From contig JBPCMQ010000004.1 in NCBI GenBank assembly GCA_051002135.1, positions 2,095 to 66,094 on the forward strand: 64,000 bases of DNA. The letters run 5' to 3'. This document shows, in pieces, positions 19,406-29,236 of the stretch. The stretch comes from Chloroflexota bacterium. Its GTDB lineage: Bacteria; Chloroflexota; UBA5177. The notes beneath the pieces are model-generated. The model was not told the DNA's origin. It worked only from the letters and a program-made list of their open reading frames with translations, and searched no databases. Position numbers and translations under genes: made by a program. Every line of letters starts with the position of its first letter. Position 1 is the stretch's first letter.

Positions 19406-19659
19406 CCTCCACCCCTCTCCTACAACTCGATGAATGCCCATCAATCCATGAACGCTGCAGGCAGGGCAATTGTAACCAGCCAATTCGATGAATTTTGGGA
19501 TGTTTTGCTATAGGCAGCTCGGGGGCAGGCTACACGTCCCCAAGTCAAGAGGCGAGTCGATCAGAACATCGACGCGAGCGCGTCCGGAGAAGTGGCAGCG
19601 CATGTCGCTCGATAGTGAATCGGAGAGAGACACCGACTTAACTCCATATTCATCGTTGT

Positions 19660-20778
19660 TTGTCGCATTGCCCGCGAGCCTTCGGGAATCGTATCACCGT
19701 GTGGCACGCGCTCGACGAGGCAGAAGCACGGCCCCACGGGCCGGCTCGCATAAGGGTAGATATTGGGACAGATGTGCAGAGAAAAACGCCGAGTACCGGC
19801 GGTGTGAAAGTGAACGCGAGTGTAGGTCGTGTGGTCACCCTCCGGCTGTCCCCTTTCAGCGAAGTAGCGTTCAGTGGATGCCCCGGAACGCGCCTCAACG
19901 TGCGCGACCAGACGACGAGTATCACGCCGAGCGGCGGATCGAGCGTGAACATGGCGTACCTCGACAGCAGCCAGACACGCCGCACGGCCGCCGGCGGCCT
20001 CTCGTATCAGGATGACAGCATCGGCGTGAGCACGATCACCGGCGCCATGACCCCCGCCGGTTCCGGCGGCTCGCTGTCCGCCACGTATTCGACGAACGGC
20101 CAGCCCATGTCCCTGGCGGCGGATGGAACCGCGACGTTCCAGGTGACTCTGACGAACACGGGAACCAGCACGTGGGCGGCAGGAGGACCGACCCCGTACC
20201 ACCTTCGCATCGCCTTCGAGCCGTCGACCTGCAACGACATCCCAGTTACCATCACCGCGCCGGCGACCACGGGCGGCATGAAGCTCGTGTTCCAGATGGT
20301 TCACGAGGGCTACGCCTTCTTTCCGCAATAGCTCGATTCGTCCGTCTCGGTGGCGGGAGGCGGGCTCGCGGCGTCGTACGCCATTAGCGGGCAGCTCACC
20401 AGCGCCTCACCGGGACAGACCGCGAGCTATCAAATCACCGTCACGAACAAGGGGACGAGCACCTGGTCCGCGGGCGGGGCGAACCCGGTGCACCTGCGCA
20501 TCGCGGCAGCGCTCAGCATGACGACCGTCCCCAAAGGCACTCTGGTCAGCGATCAAGGGTACGCGCTCCCCGCAGACGTTGTGCCCGGGCAGAGCGTCAC
20601 GCTCTCCGTGTCCATGCCCATGCCGAGCAGCACGGGTGCCTACGCCCTGATCCATCAGATGGTGGAGGAGGGAGTCGTCTCCTTCTCACAGTATATCAGG
20701 AGAGATCCTGCTTCCCGTCGGACTTGCGGAATCCAGGGGCGGTACCAATCATCGAGTGTTCCCCTCGACGGTATCTAG
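19660..20778 (+). pseudogene. Tandem two-domain Ig-like (NBR1-like) protein interrupted by an in-frame TAG at 20329-20331
   Basis: Domain 1 '...TLTNTGTSTWAAGGPTPYHLRIA...QMVHEGYAFFPQ*' and domain 2 'LDSS...TVTNKGTSTWSAGGANPVHLRIA...QMVEEGVVSFSQY' are in the same frame. The TAG sits where the paralogous domain has Tyr. Confidence 0.5.
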
Positions 20779-20830
20779 CTCTTTGCGCGGCGTCCGGCCT
20801 GGCAGAGCTGAGCGGGATCATGGTGACTAA

Positions 20831-21799
20831 CTAACCGGAGACAGCCGCCGAGATCACCGGGTTGATCATCGAGCTCCAGCGGAACTCGGATTGGGATTCG
20901 GGCCTCTTCAAGGCACACTCGATGGCGAAGTTGGCGAGGTGCTCCACCACCCATTCGAACCTGTCGGGCCCGATGGATGCACGATCGGAGTCCGGTGCCG
21001 GATTGAGAAAGTCGATGGCCACGGGAATGCGGTCGCGAATGGCGAACTCGACGGTGTTCATGTCGTATCCGAGGGCTCGATTCAGGGTCAGCACGTCGCG
21101 AATGATCCGCTCGCGCAGCTCCTCGTCGATGCCTTCAAACCCGTCGACATACCTTTCCGCATGCGGCAGGGAATGGTCGTAGCGCGAGATCAGCACGTTA
21201 TTCTGTCCGACGCAATAGCACCGCACGTAGTTCTCGAACTCGATCTTCTCCTGGAGGATCATCAAGAGCTGATTGCTGCGGCCGTACGCCTCCTCCAGCT
21301 CTTGTACCGAGTGGACGATCGAGATGTTCTTGTTGCCGCCACCGATAGCGGGCTTGAGCACGGCGGGCGACCCCGTGTAATCGAGCATGTCCTCCCAGGG
21401 CATGGGGTAGACGATGTTCCGCAACGACTCCTCCCGGCTGATGTCCGGCGGAAACTCACTCGAGGGCAAGACGATCGTCCGTGGGATCGCCACGCCGAGA
21501 TCCTGCGCCAGGACGCACTCGAAGAATTTGTCGTCGGCGGACCACCAGAAGGGGTTGTTGATCACAGTGCAGCCATCGGCCACGGCCTTCTTGCAATAGG
21601 CGCGATAGTAGCATACTTCGTGCGATATGCGGTCGAGAATGACGCTATAGGGGATTCTCTCGTCCGTGCGTGTGCCACCGTGCAGACGCACAAACTCCGC
21701 CGTCACGCCCTCGACTCTCTTGCTGTTGACACGATCGATGAAGGCGTCCGGAAACGTGTTTTCTTTGCCAACCAGCAGCCCTATCTTTGTCACGTGCAC
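20831..21799 (-). CDS. ATP-grasp ligase, RimK/GshB-like
   Basis: N-terminal pre-ATP-grasp region. 'PAVLKPAIGGGNKNISIVHS' ATP-binding loop. 'LMILQEKIEFENYVRCYCVG' motif. Confidence 0.8.
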   Translation of the reverse strand: MHVTKIGLLVGKENTFPDAFIDRVNSKRVEGVTAEFVRLHGGTRTDERIPYSVILDRISHEVCYYRAYCKKAVADGCTVINNPFWWSADDKFFECVLAQDLGVAIPRTIVLPSSEFPPDISREESLRNIVYPMPWEDMLDYTGSPAVLKPAIGGGNKNISIVHSVQELEEAYGRSNQLLMILQEKIEFENYVRCYCVGQNNVLISRYDHSLPHAERYVDGFEGIDEELRERIIRDVLTLNRALGYDMNTVEFAIRDRIPVAIDFLNPAPDSDRASIGPDRFEWVVEHLANFAIECALKRPESQSEFRWSSMINPVISAAVSG

Positions 21800-21833
21800 T
21801 CCTCTTACGGCGAGCTACGCCTCGCATGGCGAG

Positions 21834-22967
21834 TCACGCCTTGGCTGATGTTTCGTGAACCGTGGACCCGCGCATGGTCTCATCCGCTAGGTAGTCGACC
21901 ACCGCGTGGAGGCTTCCTGTCCGCCTGTAGACTTCGAGCTGCCGGTCCGCACCGGTTCCCTCGTTCAGAATTTGATACACCGTTTGTAGCGCATCGCGGC
22001 TGCCCAGCTCGTCGACGACGTCGTCGATGAATTCCAGGAGTTCCAGAGCGAGGCTTCGCATGGGGACCTCCGTGCTCTTGCCCAGGTCGATCAGGTCACC
22101 GTCCACCCCGTAGCGGATGGCACGCCAGCGATTCTCCTGAATCAGCGCGCGCTGATACACACGGAACCCCAAGTTTTGCGATCGCAGACGGGCCAGCTTC
22201 ATCACCACGGCCTGGAAGAGCGCGGCGATCGCGATCGTCTCCTCGACGCGGGTAGGCATGTCGCAGACCCGAAACTCCAGTGTGTTGAAGCGGGGGTGGG
22301 GACGTATGTCCCACCAGATCTTTTTGGGCTCGTCGATGGAGTTGGTCGCCAGCAGCGTGTTCACAAAATGTGTGTAATCGTCCCACGACTGAAAGGTGTC
22401 CGGGATGCCCGACCGCGGCATACGACCCCAGATGATCGAGCGGTATGACTTCAGGCCCGTGTCTCTTCCCTCCCAGAACGGAGAGTTGACGGAGAGGGCG
22501 AGAATGTGAGGCAAAAAGTACCTGATCTCATTCATGATCTCGATGGACTGGTCACGGTCGTCGATGCCGACATGCACATGCAGGCCGTACACGGCGATGG
22601 AGCGCGCGATCTGCTGCAGATGGTTCTCCAGCTGCGCGTAGCGCTCGTCCTGGGTCACGTCCAGCGTGTCCCACCTGGCAAACGGGTGGGCGCCGGATGC
22701 GGCGACCCGACAACCAGCCCGACGGGCCAGCTCGATAACTGTTCCTCGCAGGCGGCAAATTTCGGTCTTCGCCTCCACGACGTCCGTGCAGACCACGGTC
22801 CCAACCTCAATCATGGCCTGGAACATCTCTTTTTGAATCTGCTCGCCCAGAATGCTCTCACCGTTCGCGAGAATCTGAGTAATCGAGGAGCGCAGATCCC
22901 TGGTCTCCGGGTCGACGAGCTGGTATTCCTCTTCGATGCCCACGGTAAATTGCGATTGCCTGTGCAT
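21834..22967 (-). CDS. Carboxylate-amine ligase, YbdK / glutamate-cysteine ligase family 2 (GCS2)
   Basis: 'FTVGIEEEYQLVD' N-terminal signature, 'GLHVHVG', and 'WWDIRPHPRFNTLEFRVCD' GCS2 motifs. Confidence 0.85.
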   Translation of the reverse strand: MHRQSQFTVGIEEEYQLVDPETRDLRSSITQILANGESILGEQIQKEMFQAMIEVGTVVCTDVVEAKTEICRLRGTVIELARRAGCRVAASGAHPFARWDTLDVTQDERYAQLENHLQQIARSIAVYGLHVHVGIDDRDQSIEIMNEIRYFLPHILALSVNSPFWEGRDTGLKSYRSIIWGRMPRSGIPDTFQSWDDYTHFVNTLLATNSIDEPKKIWWDIRPHPRFNTLEFRVCDMPTRVEETIAIAALFQAVVMKLARLRSQNLGFRVYQRALIQENRWRAIRYGVDGDLIDLGKSTEVPMRSLALELLEFIDDVVDELGSRDALQTVYQILNEGTGADRQLEVYRRTGSLHAVVDYLADETMRGSTVHETSAKA

Positions 22968-22975
22968 CGGTCCTC

Positions 22976-24361
22976 CTACTCGGCCACGAACGTGGGGGTC
23001 GTGCTGCCGGTCCCGGCCGACACATTGAGCAGGGCGCTACCGGAGACGCGGGTCAGAATGCCGCCCAGGCGGTTTCGGAAGAGAAGCGGGTCGGCATCGA
23101 CGAGAAGAGGGACGAATTCCAGGCGGCCATCTATCCATACCGGAAAATCGGAGTGCGGCACGGGTACCCGCTCTTGCAGCACATAGTGACCCTGCATAGC
23201 CGTCTCCAGAGCGGCGCGCCACGGCTCCTCGCTGCTCTCCCATCCCAGTACGACGCCCTTTCCGCCGTACTCGTCCGACGGCTTCAACGCCATCGTTTCA
23301 CGCTCGGCCACCGCCAGTTCGAGGATGTCCCGCCTTTGCCCGTCGTACGTCGTTTCCCCGGCAACCACACATCTCGTCCAGGGAATGACTCGGTCGACGA
23401 GTGCACGTTGTTCGGCGGTCATGTCGATGCCGGCTTCCGGATCGCTGAGCAGCGCGAACAGCGCCTTCTTGTGCAAGAGCTTCGATCGCGGCGAATTCAC
23501 CATGCAGATGGCGCCTTCGCGATAGGCAGTGAGTAGCGGCTGCACCTCATCCCCGCGTTCGAGCAGCTCGTGAAGCAACACGCGTCGATACGCCAGCGTG
23601 ATGCGTCGATCTTCAAGCCAGACCGATCCTCCCTCGTAGCGGAGCTGTCGGGGGTCACAGATCACCGTGGGGATGCCCTGGCCGCGAAAGTAGTCGGCGC
23701 AGAGCTCGAAGTCGCGTTTTGTGATCACTGTGTCCCAGTCGATAATGGCAATGGCCGGCGTATCCGTCCCGCCCCACTCGGAGTACGCCCAGAGCAGAAC
23801 GTCCAGCAGAGCGCGCCGGGTCTCATACCGAGTCAGTCCTCCGGCGTGGTCCCAACCGGACACGGCCGGAAGCTCCAGGAAGATCTGCGAAAGGCAATCG
23901 CAAAAACCGATGCTGGCGGGGCTCTCCGCGTTGTACTCTACAAACCTTGGACCGTCGTCACCCATGAACGAATCGAGCCGCGACGTCGCGCTGAAGCCGG
24001 GGTACCCCGGATCGACCCCCCATAGATTCCGTTCCTGCTCGCTTGCACCCATCCGATCCAGCAAGCGGTCGTCGGAGAGAATTTGCTCTCCCGCTTGCAC
24101 GCAGAGCACCGCGACCAGCTCGGCGATGGAGGCCAGCATGTCGACGGTCTCGTGCGTCAAGAGACGTGGCCGCAATACATTGCATAGCATGCGTTCTCGA
24201 ATGTAAAGGCCATGTGTGCGGTGCGCTTCCACCAACGCTCGATGCGTGGCTTCGGCGAGAGCGCTGTCATTTCGCAGACGCGCGTGATACGACTCCACCA
24301 CGGGAGCCTCAGTCTCCGTATCGGTGTCGTACGCCCGTTGGGGCACACGGCTGCCTACCAT
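22976..24361 (-). CDS. Circularly permuted ATP-grasp type 2 protein (DUF404/DUF407 amidoligase)
   Basis: 461 aa. 'LLHKKALFALLSDP...' and 'ALKPSDEYGGKGVVLGWE' are characteristic of CP-ATP-grasp_2. Lies 8 bp upstream of the GCS2 gene. Confidence 0.75.
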   Translation of the reverse strand: MVGSRVPQRAYDTDTETEAPVVESYHARLRNDSALAEATHRALVEAHRTHGLYIRERMLCNVLRPRLLTHETVDMLASIAELVAVLCVQAGEQILSDDRLLDRMGASEQERNLWGVDPGYPGFSATSRLDSFMGDDGPRFVEYNAESPASIGFCDCLSQIFLELPAVSGWDHAGGLTRYETRRALLDVLLWAYSEWGGTDTPAIAIIDWDTVITKRDFELCADYFRGQGIPTVICDPRQLRYEGGSVWLEDRRITLAYRRVLLHELLERGDEVQPLLTAYREGAICMVNSPRSKLLHKKALFALLSDPEAGIDMTAEQRALVDRVIPWTRCVVAGETTYDGQRRDILELAVAERETMALKPSDEYGGKGVVLGWESSEEPWRAALETAMQGHYVLQERVPVPHSDFPVWIDGRLEFVPLLVDADPLLFRNRLGGILTRVSGSALLNVSAGTGSTTPTFVAE

Positions 24362-24459
24362 GCTGCGCCTCTCCGCCCCTACAGTTGCCTACAGTCTAGC
24401 CTACGCACATGGCCATTGAGCCTCTCCGCGTCGCCCTCATACGTCGTTTTAGCGAGCCG

Positions 24460-25065
24460 TCAACGGTCCGGTTCGCGCTCCAGCAGTCCCACGATCTGGA
24501 ACCACGCCGGCGTTGGCTCGGGGTTACGCAGCACTCGCATTTTCAGCTTGCGCATCACCGCGATCGAGGCGGCGTTTGTGTACTCAGTCGTGGCCACGAT
24601 GCGCCCGAGGTTGAGCTCCCCGAAAGCGAATTCGATGAGCGCTCTTGCGGCCTCTGTCGCGAAGCCGCGAGTCTGCGCTTCCGGGTCGAGGGCCCAGTAC
24701 AGCCCCACTTCAGGGAATCGATAATGGGATCCTTGATTGACGGGGAAGCCCGCCAGCTGGCCGAACGGTCCCATCGCAGGCACCAGTCCGACACTGCCGA
24801 TCAGCCGGCCGTCTTCCATGAGCACGACGGCGCGGTCCCCGTACGGTGGTTGGGTCAGGGCCGCAAGCTCGCCGTAATTGGCCACTGTCCACCGGAGCCA
24901 CCGCTCGCGCGCCGGAAGATTGTCTTCCTGTTTGTGAGAGGACACGCCCCACGCGTTCGACAGCACTCGGTGTACCGACTCCAGGTCCTCCATCACAAAA
25001 GGCCGAATCAGCAGGCGTTCGGTGCGGAGCCGAGGCATTGCGGTGGGCATGGTGCACGATATCAT
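24460..25065 (-). CDS. GNAT N-acetyltransferase, RimJ/RimL-like (Acetyltransf_3)
   Basis: 'RTERLLIRPFVMEDLESVHRVLSN' N-terminal motif. 'VLMEDGRLIGSVGL', 'IGYALDPEAQTRGFATEAARALIEFAF'. Start codon is ambiguous (25065, 25050 or 25038). Confidence 0.75.
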   Translation of the reverse strand: MISCTMPTAMPRLRTERLLIRPFVMEDLESVHRVLSNAWGVSSHKQEDNLPARERWLRWTVANYGELAALTQPPYGDRAVVLMEDGRLIGSVGLVPAMGPFGQLAGFPVNQGSHYRFPEVGLYWALDPEAQTRGFATEAARALIEFAFGELNLGRIVATTEYTNAASIAVMRKLKMRVLRNPEPTPAWFQIVGLLEREPDR

Positions 25066-25202
25066 CCGCTTCGGTCAGGTCAGCCGGATCGACAGAAGAC
25101 CCCGCCGCTTCTCGTGAGTGCGCCCTGGAACCTGGATTGCGCGCCGCGCTCACTCACGGCTACTCTTATACCTGCAGCTGTCCGAACGTTCGAGGTCCTG
25201 GA

Positions 25203-26276
25203 TTGCGGTTTCTCGCCGTTTGCCTTGCTCTGATCGCGCTCTCGGTAATTCCCGTCTTGGCTCAGTCCGTACCGGCCTCTCATCCATCCATGACGATCAC
25301 CAGCGGAGGAGGGGACTACCGGTCCCCGCATGAGGTCGTCGTCGATGGCGTGCAGCCGGGCAGCCGCCAAATGCTTGTTCTCTTCGATCCTGACGGCCAG
25401 CAGACGATTTTTCAGGCGCAGACCGCCGTTACCGGGCATGCGACCTGGACGCTCAACCCTCCCAACGGCCAATGGATTCTGGGTCTCTACCGCCTGGTGC
25501 TTCCGCTAGGGGAGGGACGCGCGATCAGCGAAACGTTCGTGTCCGGCGATCATCAAGCGCACCTCTTCGCGGAACCCTTCTTGCCGTCGCCGACTTCAGT
25601 CTTCGACTTCGTCGGCATCGGCTTGACGCCTGACACATCGGTGACCCTGGATCTGGTGCTGACCGCGGGACAGGGTGAACATCTCTTGCAGACGGTGACC
25701 GATGCGTCCGGGTCTTTCTCGCTCTTTGTCTGGCCGCAGCAGTTCGGTTTGCCATTTTTCGCGGCCGGGGACTACCTGGTACAGGTCCCGACAATCAAGC
25801 CGGGCACGGAATTTCGCGTACGCGAACATCCGGGAAGCTCGAGCCTCTCTGTTGATGGGCCGGTCGTCAAAGGCCTGGATGCAACTCTGCACCTTCGCGG
25901 ATACCAGGCGGATCGCCTTGTGTGGGGCATGTATGCCGGCCTGCACGGAGACGCCTCGGGTGAGTTCTTGGTGGGCCCGACCAGCGGAGCCGGCTCGCTG
26001 GACACGTCCGTCGCACTGACGCTGCCCGGCCCCGGCCAATATTTGATCGGCAGCCCAATTGACTGGGGGGAGACATCTTTCGAAGCCATAGAGCCGACCG
26101 CGACCGCGACCGCGACGCCTCCGCCCACGCCGGCGGTGACCCCGAGTGCGATCGCGCCTACCCCGACGGCGACCGCGCCGTCTCGCCTACGACGAGCACG
26201 TGCACTTTTTGCCCCTCACGGACCTCGTAGCCTTGGCCCTTCACCCGGTCAACTCTTCCGCCAGGATACGTCGTGA
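25203..26276 (+). CDS. Secreted hypothetical protein with a PT-rich C-terminal tail
   Basis: Putative TTG start giving signal peptide '(M)RFLAVCLALIALSVIPVLAQS'. The portion upstream of 25203 in the ORF track overlaps the GNAT gene and is likely spurious. The 3' end is uncertain. Confidence 0.5.
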   Translation: MRFLAVCLALIALSVIPVLAQSVPASHPSMTITSGGGDYRSPHEVVVDGVQPGSRQMLVLFDPDGQQTIFQAQTAVTGHATWTLNPPNGQWILGLYRLVLPLGEGRAISETFVSGDHQAHLFAEPFLPSPTSVFDFVGIGLTPDTSVTLDLVLTAGQGEHLLQTVTDASGSFSLFVWPQQFGLPFFAAGDYLVQVPTIKPGTEFRVREHPGSSSLSVDGPVVKGLDATLHLRGYQADRLVWGMYAGLHGDASGEFLVGPTSGAGSLDTSVALTLPGPGQYLIGSPIDWGETSFEAIEPTATATATPPPTPAVTPSAIAPTPTATAPSRLRRARALFAPHGPRSLGPSPGQLFRQDTS

Positions 26277-26316
26277 GACCCACGACCAGGACGCCCTCGC
26301 GGTCAACTAACTAGAG

Positions 26317-27459
26317 CTACTTTTGAGTGCCCAACTTTACCGTGAGATCCATCGTCTTGCCGTTGCGCCAGACCGATAACTTGACGGTATCTCCCGCGTT
26401 GTGATGCAGGATGATGTCCTGCAGGGTTGTGGTATCCGTCATCGACTGGCCGTCGATCTTCGTGATGACGTCACGCGGCTGCATGCCTGCCTTAGCGGCT
26501 GGAGAATTGGGGGTAACCGAAACGATGTAGGCGCCTCGAGGCAGGTTGAAGTACGAGGCGTCCTGCTGCGTCATGTCTCGGTAGACCACTCCCAGGAAAG
26601 CGGACGGCTTGTGGTGAATGAGACGCTCGACCGTCGGCTGAACGGCCTTGCTGGGGATCGCAAAGCCAAGACCCTCGGCAACCACCTGGCTGGACAGTCC
26701 GAACGGGTCGGATTGCGGTGCGCCCCGGGTTATTGCGGTGTTTACGCCCACAACCTGCCCTCGATCGTTCAGAAGAGGTCCGCCGCTGTTTCCCTGGTTG
26801 ATCGCCGCGTCGGTCTGGACCATGTTGTGTATGGTAATGCCATTCTGCTCGTTGATCGTCCGATTGAGGGCGCTCACGACTCCCGCGGTTACGGTATTGC
26901 GAAACTCGCCGAGAGCGCTTCCGATGGCCATGACCGGTTGGCCCCGCAGGAGTTTCGAGCTGTCCCCGAAGTGCAGGACGGTGCTCACCGGCACGTGAAC
27001 GCGCACCACTGCGAGATCGGAGAGCATATCGTGTGAAACCAGGGTCGCGGGCGCTTTGCGGCCGTCCGAAAAGACGACCTGCAGTGATTGCTCCTGGTCA
27101 ATGACGTGATTGTTGGTCACGATGTCGCCCTGCTTGTCGATAACGAAGCCGGTGCCCTCCGCCGTTCCCCCGGGAATGGGATTGTTGAAAAAGTCCGTCT
27201 GGCCCGACTGATGATTGATGATTGTCACGACGGCCGGCCCCGCTGTGCTTGCGATCTGCGCCCAAGACATGGGCGCGCCGCCGGTGATGGCGGCGGACGC
27301 CACATTGCTGGAGCTAGGCGCCGGCGCGGCTACTTTCTCCACCACCGTAGGATTGCCGGTTTCCTTGGCCGCGACCGCGCCTCCGATGGCGCCAAAAACA
27401 AGAGCGAGGACCGCGATCAGCGACATGCGGACCGCCCCAATTGACGTGCGTGTATTCAT
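26317..27459 (-). CDS. htrA: HtrA/DegP-family trypsin-like serine protease with a PDZ domain
   Basis: His 'TNNHVI', Asp, Ser 'GNSGGPLLN' catalytic triad. C-terminal PDZ. N-terminal TM anchor 'SLIAVLALVFGAIGG'. Confidence 0.85.
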   Translation of the reverse strand: MNTRTSIGAVRMSLIAVLALVFGAIGGAVAAKETGNPTVVEKVAAPAPSSSNVASAAITGGAPMSWAQIASTAGPAVVTIINHQSGQTDFFNNPIPGGTAEGTGFVIDKQGDIVTNNHVIDQEQSLQVVFSDGRKAPATLVSHDMLSDLAVVRVHVPVSTVLHFGDSSKLLRGQPVMAIGSALGEFRNTVTAGVVSALNRTINEQNGITIHNMVQTDAAINQGNSGGPLLNDRGQVVGVNTAITRGAPQSDPFGLSSQVVAEGLGFAIPSKAVQPTVERLIHHKPSAFLGVVYRDMTQQDASYFNLPRGAYIVSVTPNSPAAKAGMQPRDVITKIDGQSMTDTTTLQDIILHHNAGDTVKLSVWRNGKTMDLTVKLGTQK

Positions 27460-27583
27460 GGTTATCTCCCCGTAAAGTACATCTACTCCTCCAGTATGGT
27501 GGGGCAAAATTGGAGGACAATTAAAAATCGGGTGAGATTCTCATCGACGAGGAAGCGGCGCGGCGCTACCGACCCTTGCGCCA

Positions 27584-27877
27584 CTACTGGCCGGCCACCA
27601 CGTAGACCGTCTCCGCTCCTAGCCGCTCTGCTGCGTAGCCCAGCGTGGCCCGCACCTGCTCCTCGGTTAGAGCGTAGGCTTCCATGATGGACTCGATGCT
27701 CTCGCCTCCCGCCAATTGCCCCACAATAAGCCGTGCAGGAATGCGGGTTCCCTTGATGACCGGCATCCCGTGAACGACACGTGAGTCCACAACCACACCC
27801 GGATACACCTCTGCCGCGTTGTCGGGCTCTTCCACGTTGTCCTCCCTTGTCCCACACGACGGCGTCGCCTTACTCAC
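27584..27877 (-). CDS. DUF433 domain protein (antitoxin-like DNA-binding)
   Basis: 'VVHGMPVIKGTRIPARLI...ESIESIMEAYALTEEQVRATLGYA' is the DUF433 signature. Confidence 0.6.
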   Translation of the reverse strand: MSKATPSCGTREDNVEEPDNAAEVYPGVVVDSRVVHGMPVIKGTRIPARLIVGQLAGGESIESIMEAYALTEEQVRATLGYAAERLGAETVYVVAGQ

Positions 27878-27893
27878 TGCTACTCGCCGCCGA

Positions 27894-28516
27894 CTATCCG
27901 CTTCGCGAGCAGAACTGATTCTTCGGCGAGGCCAAGCGCCCGCACCGCACTCGTCTCATCGAATATCTCCCAACCTGAAACGATAGGAGGCTTCCTCGTT
28001 TTTCAGGGGTCTTCCCGATCTTCTCCCACGTCATGACCCACGGACCTCGAGGTTGTGTCTTCCACCTCCAGACATCACCTGCCGGCGTACGGTCCCGGTA
28101 GAGGCCCGCCTCCTTGATTAACCGCCGCAGGTGGAGGAGGCGCTTCGCTGCGTAACCGGTCGGGTCGAAGAGGGCCTGACCATCTACAGCGATATCCAGA
28201 TACAACGAAGGGAGATGGGACTCGAATTCTTGCCGCGTGCGGGCGATCATCGACGGCAGGGTATGGCAGGTGAACAACAGGTGATGCAAGAACAGTTGCC
28301 GGTCAAAGTAATTTTCTTGCAACCCTTCAGCGATGAGCAGCAGGTCCCAGTCGCTCTCGTCCTGCTCTTCGCCGCGCGCGTGCGATCCAAACAGGACCAC
28401 CGCGACCAGGCGCTCGCCGAGGGCCGCATGCAATGCTCGGATGGTCTGCTGTGGCACCTCGCGCTCGAGACCGAGAGTCTGAGCCATGCTGTTTCCTTTC
28501 AGGAGATCTGCCATGC
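27894..28516 (-). CDS. Nucleotidyltransferase domain protein (Pol-beta superfamily, MNT-like)
   Basis: 'VVLFGSHARGEEQDESDWDLLLIAEG' is the minimal NTase GS...D.D motif. The C-terminal ~60 aa look like run-on sequence. Confidence 0.6.
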
Positions 28517-28643
28517 TCCGCCTGACGGAGGCCGCAAGCGCTTCTGGGGCTGGTTCATCGGGCCCCCTGGGGAATCCTACGTACACCCTGCCCTGTCTTG
28601 CTCACATCGAATCGACTTAGTGTCCTGAGAGGCCTGAAAGAGA

Positions 28644-28733
28644 TGGCGGAGAGGGTGGGATTCGAACCCACGAAGCGTTGCCGCTTACGGCATTTCCAGT
28701 GCCGCGCCCTAGGCCAGACTAGGCGACCTCTCC
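28644..28733 (-). tRNA. tRNA-Ser (anticodon GGA)
   Basis: Cloverleaf 'GGAGAGGTCGCCTAGTCTGG...CTGGAAA...long variable arm...GGGTTCGAATCCCACCCTCTCCGCCA', with the CCA encoded. Confidence 0.85.
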
Positions 28734-29236
28734 TCGAACCCGTACGCAATGACGAAGTTCCCTGCGCCCTTCCTCGGCCGCCTGCTACTCGCGTCACCGT
28801 GAGGGCCGGGCCCTGCGATTCGGCACAAGTCTAGCAACCGGCCCAATCAATGGTCAACGAGGGGAATCTGTCCGAGCGCGCATCCCGGGCGTAGGGGTCG
28901 CTCGTCAGCGACCCAGGGCGATGCTCGTCGGAGGTGACTATCGACCCACGTTCCGAGGCAGAGTGTTTCATAGGGAGATAGGTTGGGCGGGGACGTGGGC
29001 GAGCGCGCGATCCCCCGTAGCTTTGGCCTTTAGGCCAAGCTTCGGCACTTCGACGAGAGACACCTCGAGTTACTGTGGCGCTGTGACCCCTCGCCGTCGA
29101 TGCGTCACTCTCCTGGCAGAAACTTGGCCTGAAGGCCAAAGCTACCAGGAGCCACCCTACGAAAGACGTCGTTCCGGTCACTTTCTGGGAAACTACTATA
29201 GAGCGGGTATCACCAACAATGGGAGGTGCAAAGACG

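Noticed and set aside
19561-20328. Long antisense or overlapping ORFs on the opposite strand of well-supported genes, also at 36022-37311, 37071-38585, 44765-45829, 10031-10972 and 47162-47824
   Set aside because: Typical spurious open frames of high-GC DNA. They overlap genes with clear conserved motifs on the other strand and carry no recognisable motifs themselves.
28869-29181. tRNA-derived integrase attachment site, since the repeats share 'GGCGGAGAGGG' with the tRNA-Ser 3' end
   Set aside because: The shared stretch is only 11 nt and no integrase gene is present near either tRNA, so it is probably coincidental.
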